From a candidate division WOR-3 bacterium (lineage in GTDB: Bacteria > Hydrothermota > Tepidihabitantia > Tepidihabitantales > Tepidihabitantaceae): 31,359 nt of DNA. Both the position numbers and the translations under genes were made by a program. Where the stretch lies: assembly GCA_965649205.1 (NCBI GenBank), contig CBFGJV010000023.1, positions 1 through 31,359 on the forward strand. The letters are read 5' to 3'. The notes beneath the pieces were generated by a model. It was not told the origin of the DNA, did no database searches, and saw only the letters and a program-made list of their open reading frames with translations. Below are positions 1-9,388 of the stretch, one piece after another (position 1 is the first letter of the stretch; each line of letters opens with the position of its first letter).

Positions 1-2361
1 AAAGGCGCAAGGTCATAGGTCCAGCTGGGCTGGGTCAAACCCTCCTTCACCTTCACTAGATTCCCAGGCAGACCCAACCACACCTCATAGCTCACCGCAT
101 CCCCGGGATTAGCATCCTGCCAGGCGAAGGTGATGCCTGTCACTGGCTGGTCCGTAGCCTCATCCTCCGGTGCGGTCAGGTTGAAGTCTTTAGGCTCTGG
201 CGCTTGCTCTTCCCTGGTCTTGAAACTCGCTGTTGTGTCTGAAGTACCGCCCGGGCCGATTGCTTTCACCTTGTAGGAATAACTCTTGCCCGGCTCAAAG
301 CTGTAAGCAATGCTGTACGGTTCGCCTGTTACCTCGCCAAGCTTCTTTTCGTAGCCATCGCCATACCACACCTCAAACCTGGTGGCGGGGCCGCCAGAAC
401 CCTGGACCCAATTCCAAGTGACATATCCCTCTACCGGCTCAGCATCTCCGGTAGGAGCAAGGTCCGTCGGCGCGTCCGGCCGCTTCACAGTCGTGAAGTA
501 CCTCTCCTCTGACTCCTCCTCTCCCCCAGCATTTTTAGCAACTATCTTCCAGTAGTAAGTTGTGCCAGAACTCAACCCGGAGTAACCAAAGGTAGTTCCT
601 ACCTGATTTTCGCTCACCAGGCTGTCAGCCGGACTCTGACTCTTCAAGTAGACGTCATAACCGGCAGGAGTACCACCCGTACCCATCTGCCAGGACAGAA
701 CGCCTGCAAGAGGCTGACCGGTTGCGCCGTTGTCCGGTGAAAGCAAAGTTGGTGCACCGGGTTTTTCGATGATCGTCTTGAAGCTCCATACGGCAGAAGG
801 CGTTGTGCCGCCATTATTTTTTGCCCGAATCTGCCAGTAGTACGTCTGGCTGTTGGACAGCGAATACTGGTAGAAGGTATCTGTCTCGGTGCTGACCTTG
901 GTCTCCGGGATCTCATTCTGATCCAGGTAAACATCATAACTGGTGGCTCCATTTGCCTTGTGCCAGTGCAGGTAGCCGGTTATAAGATTGATTCTCCGCC
1001 TTGTCGGCAGGATCGGCCAGAATCGGCGCATCCGGCGGAGTGGCAGTGGTGAAGCTCTCGGTTGCCTCGGACGTGCCGCCAGGGCCGATTACCACAACTT
1101 TGTAATTAATGGTCTGGCCCGGCGGAAAGTTGTACGGTATGCCGTAAGGCTCACCGGTAACCTCGCCCAGCTTGTTCTCGTAAGCATCACCATACCACAC
1201 CTCAAACTTCGTAGCCGGGCCGCCGCTACTTTGGACCCAGCTCCAGGTTATGTTACCAGTAACATTTCTGTTTGTCCCGGTCGGTGCCAGATTGAATGGA
1301 GCAACGGGTACGGCCGCGGTGGTGAAAGTCCAGGTACTTGTGCTGTACGTCGAATTGCCACCACAATCCCTTGCCTTGATTCGCCAACGGTAGAGCGTGT
1401 TGGGACTAAGTGCGGGGTTGAGCGTAACAGGTGTATTCTGGGTTACGTTGCTGGCGTAAACAGTCGTGGGCTGATTCTCGGTGCTGCTCAGGCACAGGTC
1501 GTATGCCGTCGAACCACTGGAGGTAGTCCAGTTGAATGTAATCGTGCCAGTCGTAGGCTGGTCCGTTGCACCATTACCGATGCCCGGAGGCGAGGTCAGA
1601 TCGAACGCGCCCGGACCAGGCGGAGTATAGTCAACCATCAGCTAAGGCTTGTTCGTCCCTTCTTCACTATCGAACTTAAACTCCATATATGACGTAGTCG
1701 AGAGCGTGATACCCTGATTGGCAGTACCGCTAAACCAATCCTGGGCAAAGGTCGTGATATCGATGGTGTACCAGGCAGGAGCTCCAAGTCCTTCAGGACT
1801 GTAATAAGGCGAGTTGTTATATCCAGGCTTGTTGTTCCAGGTAACGCCGACTTCTGTCCAATTGCCCCAGTTCTCATAGCATCTAACCGTCGAGGTGATG
1901 CCATTATTCCCCCTGACATAGATATAAGCCTGGGCCGAGTTGATGGTACTGCCCGACGGCAGTGATGAGGGTCCGAAGTTGAACTTGACAATTGCCCGCT
2001 TTTCCGGCGTCGGAACGCCCGACCCCTTGTACACATACAAGGTCGTCGCGTTGCCATAGTTAGTGCCGGCGTTCTGCGAATCAACGTAGCTGTCGCCGTT
2101 GGAAGTGAAGTTCTGCGTCGCATCGGTTTCCACCCACCGTCCGTTTTCATCCAGCCGGTGAATTGGTGTGTTGTGAATTTCGGCCGTGATTGTGCCGTCG
2201 CCGTTCGAGTAGTGCTTCGAGAACTCGTCCCGAAGCTCGACTATCTCGGTGCCCTTGGGCAGGTACCCGTAACCGGATACCGGAGCCGCGCTTGTGCCGC
2301 CGGCCAATGCCGTGCCGGCCACGAGCGCAAGTATCACGAGCCACTTGACTGTGCCTTTCAT
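1..2361 (-). pseudogene. Large secreted protein (signal peptide, WapA-like N-terminal module, DNRLRE-like domain, tandem FN3/Ig-like repeats), disrupted by an in-frame TAG (1642-1644) and a +1 frameshift (~984); continues past the left window edge
   Basis: ATG at 2361 with SD GGAG and signal peptide MKGTVKWLVILALVAGTALA. Track ORFs 1642..2472 and 934..1638 are in the same frame (NKP-TAG-LMVDY, completing the P-x-L-x-V-x-Y end of a DNRLRE domain). After CAA TCT T the shifted frame reads ITGYLHWHKANGATSYDVYLD...YYWQIRAKN... and stays open to position 1 (manual translation). Confidence 0.85.
217..1290 (-). repeat. Intragenic duplicated FN3-like units (~1048-1290 and ~217-465) within an array of at least 6 FN3-like domains
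   Basis: WSWVQSSGGPATKFEVWYGDAYENKLGEVTGEPY...YKVVVIGPGGTS versus WNWVQGSGGPATRFEVWYGDGYEKKLGEVTGEPY...YKVKAIGPGGTS. Shared DNA such as ccataccacacctcaaac at 361 and 1190. Confidence 0.85.
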
Positions 2362-2402
2362 GGCTTCTCCTTTGTTTGTGTCCGGGCGTTGCTCCTGTGC
2401 CG

Positions 2403-2430
2403 GGCGGCCGCAACGCCCTTTGCGGCCGCC
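2403..2430. other. Perfect 11-bp GC-rich intergenic hairpin
   Basis: GGCGGCCGCAA-CGCCCT-TTGCGGCCGCC between the 2469 stop and the 2361 start; no U-tract on the transcribed strand. Confidence 0.7.
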
Positions 2431-2468
2431 TGCATTGCATCCAAGAATCATGCTCTGGGTCACAACCG

Positions 2469-4616
2469 TCATTTGCCGGTCTTACCCGGCCGGAACCACT
2501 CGCTGTCCCAGCCCAGGCTCCAGAACCGCGGCCCCTTATCGTACTGCCAGCGCTTGTTGTCGCCGAAAAGCATCTTCCTCTTCAATTCGTCGGGATGCAC
2601 ATCCGGCTCTATGGTCTCGTGGTATCTGTCCCGGCCCTGCGTGTCGAGAAATATGCCGGCAGTAGGCAGGTCATCGCGGAAGTTGCGGAACGGAGCGTAG
2701 TTGACAGCCACACCCATTCCGCGCGTCGGCAATTTCTTCTTTCGCTCGTAATGGTAGTCATCGTCACCCGCCCGGTCCCAGAAAAGACCAATACTGCCCA
2801 AGTCCCCCGAACCTCCGCTGAACTGGTGCATCAGGTACTTGTCATTGCCCTCGCCGTCAATGAAGATACCGATTGCCCCGTCCCGGCCGCAGCCCATCAA
2901 CTGGTTCACCAGACTGTCATTGCCGAGGTTGTACTCGTCGTCACCCTGAAGGTCCACGCACACACCGATAGCAAAGTGCGGCGCCGCGCCGAGCGAGTAC
3001 CAGTGGGCCCGGTACTTGTCGTTGCCCGACTTGTCTTCGAGGATACCTACTCCCCACCAATATCCGTTGCCCTGGCTGTACACCGAACCCGCATACTCGT
3101 CATCGCCAGCGCCGTCTGCGAGTACGCCCACCCCGCCGGCGAGGCTGTGCCCGTCGCCATAGTCCGCTCTGCGGCCGAATGCCGAACCCTGCACGAAAGA
3201 CACCGTATAGTTCCAGAACGGTGGCGATTCGTTCGCACCGGCGCGCGCCGAATATCGGTCGTTGCCCTCGCAGTCCACCAGCATCCCGACGCCCATCGTC
3301 GAGCCGAAACCCTGCGCCTCGTGCGCGCACACGTACTTATCATCGCCCGCAAGGTCAACCAGCACACCGACGCCCGCGTGCGCCGCGGCCTGACCCCAGG
3401 CATCAGTCATATCGTAGCTGTCATCGCCGGCGTAGTCCGCGACCAGCCCTAGCCCGTACAAGCCGCAGCCGATACCCGATTCTCGGCACCGGTATGAATC
3501 GTCGCCCTCAAGGTCAAACAGACATCCAAGACCGAAAAAGCCGCAGGCCAGCCCTGCCTTCTCGTCGCCGCTGTCATAGGTGTCGTTTCCGCTAAAGTCT
3601 ACGACCGTACTTATCGGACTGCGGGGCGAACTCGTGCTTGCCGTAATACCGGTGTATGTATCATCTCCTCCCAGATCCAGCTTCAGCATATACTCGCCGG
3701 AAATCGTGTCCGTCCCCGAGCCATAAACCCTGACTTTGCCGGCGAACGTCTCGAATTCAAACCCAACAAAGCCCGGTTCAATTGTCCGCAAAGACTCTGG
3801 TACCGCCTGCCATTCTGTTATCGCCCGCCGCACCCGGCGCACGTACTCGATTGCTCCACAGGCAAGCCAGTTGTAGTCCTGCTTACCTATCGCCTCAACC
3901 GTGGCAGTACGCAACAGTCTGGTGGAATCGCTCCATGGTTCTGTCGCAAAACGGTAAAGCTCGGCCCGGCTCGCCCGGCCCAAATCCGGCACCTCCAGCG
4001 CCGCGGCCAGAAACTTTTCGTCCCAGGCTTAGCGCAGAAGCGGCCTCGTCTCAGTTGCGGCCAGAACCAGTCGAACCAACAGCCTCTTCGTGGCCGGCGC
4101 AAGACCGGCCCAGCCCTCCCGGGCTGCGGCTGACATAGGTGTCCTCACACCAGCCCGTCGGCTGGAATCTGCAACCGCCTGCAGAGCGCCGTCTGCATCC
4201 AGCGAGTCGGAAATCCACGAAACGCCCCAGGTGGTATCCTTCATCGGTTCAAACTCTCGGCTGGCGCGAGCGTCGAGCAGTCCGAACCCCTGAGTCACGA
4301 TGTCCTCAACCGTATCTTTCTTCGCCAAAAGAACATCAGTCAGGAGACCGGAAGACCGCGTTATCTTCTCAACATCTCGAAACATATTCTCGACAACTCT
4401 GAGCCGATAGCGATCCGGCGGATACATCGCCATCTGTTCATATGTGTAACCCAGAGGCCGACCCTCAAAACCCACCAAACCTTTCACTTGCCGCATGAGC
4501 TCAGGTGGAAAAACCAAATTGGCCCGGCCCGGCTCATACGTCCGGCTCCCGGCTACCACTACGGACGCAAGTAACGCGCAGACCGCCAGCACTCTGCCTT
4601 TACGATTGAAGCGCAT
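2469..4616 (-). pseudogene. Secreted hypothetical protein (~715 aa) with Gly/Asp-rich repeats (G-x-G-x-L-x-D-x-x-G-[DN]-D-x-Y), split by an in-frame TAA at 4029-4031
   Basis: Track ORFs 4029..4616 and 2469..3992 share a frame: PLLR-TAA-AWDEKFLAAALEVPDLG. The signal peptide is on the first fragment only. Roughly ten or more DxxGDDxY repeats in the second fragment. Confidence 0.8.
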
Positions 4617-4620
4617 AGTG

Positions 4621-7600
4621 CTACCTCTGTACTGTTACCTTACCGGTCAACCTCTGCCCCGGCGTTTCGAGCTGCACCAAGTACACGCCCGCAGACAGAC
4701 TGCGCAGGTCAAGCGTAACGGTTCCGTCGCGCCCTGCGCTATATGCCTCGCGGAAAACCGCTCTGCCCGCCGCGTCATACACGGTGACGCTTATCGGGCC
4801 TGTCTTAGACAGGTTGTAGCGTACGGTGGCAAAGCCCTCAGCCAACGGATTCGGCGCTACACCCAACACTGCGGTCTGCGCCTCGGTTTGCCCTTGAGCT
4901 CCTGAAGCCTGTGGCATGAAGCTCGGAGCCTGAAAAACAGGCTGCACGTACCGCCAAAACTCGTACGTCTTATTCCCCTTTAGCAGGAAGAATGCATTCT
5001 TCCAAACTGTCAAGCTGCCCCCATCTTTAACCGTCTTCTTGCCGCCAGACCCGTTGCGGGGTATTGTCTCAAGCTGAATCCAGGTCCCGCTGCCGGCAGG
5101 GTCGTACTTGTAAAATCCTTGACTTCCACCACCCTTCACCGCGTACAGGTATCCTTCGTGCCAAATTCCCGCTGCTCCATCTTTGGACTTCTTCCGCTTG
5201 TTCTCTGAACCACCTTCTGTACCCAGTAGCGGCATGCCCTTGAGCGGAGTGGTATACCAACTATCTCCCTCCAAGTCATAGCGGAACATATAATGGCGTG
5301 CGTTCTTCTCGTCTATCACATTCGCCTGGTGCACATAGATGGTCTTCGCCCTGTCGTATACGAGAAAAGACCCTGCCGCATACTTCTTCTTGTTGTTACC
5401 GTACGGCACGCTATCCAGCAATGTCCACTGTTTCTCGTCAATGTCATAACGATAGAACGCCGTCTTGCCACCACCCAGGAGGTAAACGTATTTCTTTCCG
5501 GCCCACTCTACATAAGCAATATCGTTACCCCCCTTGATCTTCTGGGGTGCACGCGTCAACGTATCCCAAGTGCCGTCTTCCACCCGGTACCGCCAGAATC
5601 CTTGGGTATTATTACCCTTCAGTACATATAGATATTGCTCGCCATCAGAAACTGCGCGCGAACCCTTTGCTACGGGTTTCGCTTTACCCAACGCCGGTTC
5701 CGAATCAAGAATTGAGGGTAAGGAAACCCATCTGTTCTCAGCCGGGTAATACTTCTGGAAATCCCCGGTTTTGTTACCTTTAGCCGCATAGATAACCGTT
5801 CCAGGTGAATCCTTGTCCGGACCGGTAACAAGCCACGCTCCGGCTTTGGGCGCTTTGGTTGCCGTCGGCCCAACCGGCAGGGGCTCAACCTCGTGCCAGC
5901 CAGCCGGCCAACCCTGAACAACTACTGTCTGCATAAGGGTATCATTGGCGCGGTACTGATCAGTTCCCAGCTCCGTCCAGGCTTTCACCAAGTAAGTCCC
6001 CGCCGGCTCTGGTATCCACTGAGCCTGAAATTCGTATTCCCGTGCCTGTTCTGCGCCAAGACCGGACACATATCCCGTCTGGTCAAAAACTACCTTGTCC
6101 GCAGAATCGGTTATCATAATCCTTACGTCAAACGACTCCGTCTGCAGACCAAAATTCTCTACCGTCACTTTCGGCCGCAATGGTAAATGCTCAGAAACTT
6201 CTCCTTGGGGCACCAGAATCCCGGCAACACCCACGTCGTGTTCAGGCATTTCCACGCTGAAACTTCCCGAGAAAGACGGACCTGAAGCATTTGTCGCCCA
6301 GTCATAAGCTTCCACAGTCCAGGTATAGTCTCGCCCGTTGCGAAGTTTCTCAGACGAGGCCAACCGATAACTGGAATTATCCTGCCCGGCGACCTGAGTT
6401 ATGTCACGATCAAGCGCATAGTCCGTACTCCGGATTCGCAAGTGATATCTACGAGCGTCAACCACATAACTCCAATCCATGGCCGGCAGAAGTGTTCTGA
6501 CGCTTATACCTCCCGTGGGCCATATTAGCACCGGTCTGGCCGGGGGAACTGTGTCTATTGCGAACCAGTGATAGGCGCTGGCGGACGTATTGCCCGCGTA
6601 ATCTTTCGCCACCACTCTCCACGTGTAGACACCAGTATCAAGGGGCGCAGCCAAGTCGTAGAAGGAAAAATCTCCTGCAGGTTGAGCTATAGTCACAGGA
6701 AAACCGGGCATGGTCACTCCTCGTTTCTTCAAGTCAAGACTAAACTCTCTTGCGTCGGGAATCGCGGCCCAGTCTAAGCGAGAAACGTTAGTTTTGCCCG
6801 TATCCTGTGCTGGCTCGAGCAAATTGGGAGCTGTCGGAGGAGTCAGGTCTATAGTGAACTCGCGGATTTCGCTATAGGAACCTTGTAGCTCCCCCACCCG
6901 TGCGGCTACGCGCCAATAGTATTTCCCCTCTGCCAAACCCGGAGCAGGCGTCCACCAACCGGCCGTTTGCGTAACTACGTTGAAGTTGAGAGGAGGCGTG
7001 AAGTTTGGGTTGGCGGCTATCTGTAGTCTGTATGACACCCCCTCACCCAGGTTTTGCCAAAAGAACTCTGGTCTCCGCTGGTAAGGCGCTCTAATCGTAT
7101 CACCATGAACTGGACCGATAAGATTGGGCGCAGCAAGTACGACGGCCACGCTTCCTTGTTTCTTATCGTTGTAAACCTGATCGCCTGTCAACCTGGTAGT
7201 GCAGCGCAGCGCGAAGGGCCCTCCTAATCTGGACGCCGTCCACCCTGCAAAAGTCAAAGTGCTTTCTTTTCCCGCACCGAGTCCGCTTACTGTCACCGTG
7301 CTGAAATATCCAGAACCGTCCTCAATGTAGAAATTAGCTTCAAACGAAGCAGGCTCTGTACCATTGTTCCTGACTACTGCCTGAGGAGCGATAGTTGAGT
7401 TCCACGGAACTTCTCCGCTCGGTGTCAGAATACTCACACACTCCACATCCAGCTTCCGTACAGAGAAAGAGCCGCTGGCTACGTCGTTGTCCGGAAAAGT
7501 GTCAGTATCATATATGGTTGTACACCTCACCGAAAAGGGCCCACCGGCAACACTAGGCGAGGCGTCCAGGAGCCGAAACTGAACGTACGCGACTCGCCGC

Positions 7601-8270
7601 TGGAAAGCGATATGTTGGTTTGTGTGTTCGTGTACAGCAACTGCGCACCGTCGCGCACTTCCAGCCGGGCACTGACACCCACAGCGTCTATCGGGCCGTT
7701 GTTACGTAGTGTCGCCTGAGGAGTCACTGGTGTGTTCCAGGAGACGGTGCCCGTTGGCGCAACGATGGCCGTTGTTTGTATGTCTATTGCGGACGGTGGT
7801 GGATTGCCCATAAGCGTTATGTTGTCTAACGCAACGTTGAAAGCCTCTATTCTTATTTTCACCAAATGGTCCCCAGGAGCGTGCGTATTTCCAGCAAACG
7901 ACCTCCATTGGGGAGCAAAACCCTGCCCTGACGACGTAAATGAGTTGGACGTTGTATTCTTGTAGTAGAAGATAATCTTCACGGAAAACTGATCCCATTG
8001 CGTCAGGTTGTAGTAGTACAGCGTGAGGCTTTCCAAAATGTTCTCAACTGGTATAGGCGGATTGAAAACCTGCTCGATAGCCCCACTGCTGTTGATTGCC
8101 GTTTTGGCACAGTAGGTGCCCTCATAAGGATTCGGAGAGCTTGTTACAATCGTCATGCCTGACTGGGTCCAGGAGGTGAAATCACCTGTCTCGAACCCCG
8201 GGTTTTTGATAAGGTTCTGCTGCGCAACCACAACGTCGACAACTAACAACATAGCTGCAAAACTACGCAT
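4621..8270 (-). pseudogene. Large secreted protein (~1216 aa): CBM-like domain, CARDB/Ig domains, FN3-like domains, Kelch-like beta-propeller and T9SS/Por-type CTD; 1-nt deletion frameshift at ~7561-7563
   Basis: ATG at 8270 with SD AGGAGG; NLIKNPGFETGDFTSWT motif. TGG ACG CC TCG CCT AGT GTT GCC GGT GGG CCC TTT TCG GTG AGG TGT restores WTxSPSVAGGPFSVRCTT, matching the next domain's WTASRLGGPFALRCTT. YxxKGNxTxxFxxY repeats; CTD VAPNP...VYDAAGRAV...LSAGVYLVQL...KVTVQR. Confidence 0.85.
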
Positions 8271-8313
8271 AACTCCTCCTGCTTTGTAGTTCTTCTCCCA
8301 GATACTGTGCATA

Positions 8314-9375
8314 TCAACGCACCACAACCTTGCCAACCAGTCTGTCCCCAGCAGTTTCCAGACAAACCATATACACCCCGGCCTGCACCCCCCGCAAGTC
8401 GAGATGGACAAGCGACCTCTCAGGAACCACTGCCTGACTGCGAACGCACCGTCCCGCTGCGTCAAGGATACGCACCGCGCCGTAAGGCTCTTGAGACAGC
8501 GGACCGCTGAACCTGAGAACAGCAAACCCTCCAGTCACAGGATTGGGCGCCACAGAAACCGCATAAACACCCGGTACCCGTCCCGGCTCTGCGACCATAC
8601 TCGGCTGCTCATAGGTAACAAGCAACCACGGGGCATGTTCGCGCGGCTGCACGTTCCACCCTATGATCCATACTCGCTTCGTCATTATGTTTGAATAACC
8701 AGTCCCCACTATCCCAAACGCTACCCATTTCTGGGCTAACGCTTGTTGAACATGCTGAATCCCCACCTCGCCCAGGTCAATCGTATCGTAGAGTTTACCT
8801 CGTTCACCCTCGTAACATACCTCCCCATCTTGTATTGCCCAGTACAGCGTCCGGGCGCCAGTTGATACCGGGTCAAGACGGAGTGTACGGTAAGACAAAC
8901 CCATATGCATCTCAAAGTAGGTAATGACACGATAGAGCGATACGCCCGTAATACGCGCCCACTCGGGCAGCGAAGCCAAATTGAACTTCGCCCAACCCGC
9001 TCGTTCTATTTTGGAGGGTGGTTCAAGCGACACTTCACGTTCTACCTTAACCAGCCCCAACCCTGTCTTGCCGTATTGCGATCCATCCGTGCTGGCGTGG
9101 CCGGTGGCGTAGTCGTACTCGAATGTCGGCAACGATACCTCATTATCATCAACTTCATCCGGGCTTACCCACTTACCGAACTTGTCCCGCACGTGGATTG
9201 GACCTGCGGATATGACCGCAGTCACAGTGCCGTCACCATTGGAGTAGTGGCGGGAAACCTCATCACGCAGTTCTGTTATCTCCGTCCCCGCAGGTAGGAA
9301 TCCGACTCCGGCAGGAAACGCCGCCGCAGCTCCCACTGCCAGTGCAGCAAAGAGCATAACTTTCAAATAACGCAT
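8314..9375 (-). CDS. Secreted protein with WapA-like N-terminal module, DNRLRE-like domain and T9SS/Por-type C-terminal sorting domain
   Basis: SD AGGAGG; signal peptide; ELRDEVSRHYSNGDGTVTA motif; KFNLASLP...ITGVSLY...PWLLVTY; CTD VAPNP...ILDAAGRCV...AGVYMV...KVVVR. Confidence 0.85.
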   Translation of the reverse strand: MRYLKVMLFAALAVGAAAAFPAGVGFLPAGTEITELRDEVSRHYSNGDGTVTAVISAGPIHVRDKFGKWVSPDEVDDNEVSLPTFEYDYATGHASTDGSQYGKTGLGLVKVEREVSLEPPSKIERAGWAKFNLASLPEWARITGVSLYRVITYFEMHMGLSYRTLRLDPVSTGARTLYWAIQDGEVCYEGERGKLYDTIDLGEVGIQHVQQALAQKWVAFGIVGTGYSNIMTKRVWIIGWNVQPREHAPWLLVTYEQPSMVAEPGRVPGVYAVSVAPNPVTGGFAVLRFSGPLSQEPYGAVRILDAAGRCVRSQAVVPERSLVHLDLRGVQAGVYMVCLETAGDRLVGKVVVR

Positions 9376-9388
9376 TGTAATTCCTCCT

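Noticed and set aside
217..1290. Diversity-generating retroelement template/variable repeat pair
   Set aside because: Both copies are in-frame protein domains, differences are mostly at third codon positions rather than adenine-specific, and no reverse transcriptase is in the window.
1642..4031. Genome-wide stop-codon reassignment or pyrrolysine explaining the split genes
   Set aside because: The two internal stops differ (TAG and TAA) and co-occur with frameshifts. TAG clearly terminates complete genes here (4621, 9389, 11008, era 16127, 27180).
975..7570. Phase variation or programmed frameshifting at the two frameshifts
   Set aside because: Neither site has a long homopolymer, short tandem repeat or X XXY YYZ slippery heptamer (contexts CAATCTTATA and GGACGCCTCG).
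8271..8525. N-terminal 85 aa of track ORF 7527..8525 (and similarly 2362..2472 of ORF 1642..2472)
   Set aside because: These extensions overlap the upstream gene or intergenic hairpin. Strong SD plus signal peptide place the starts at 8270 and 2361.
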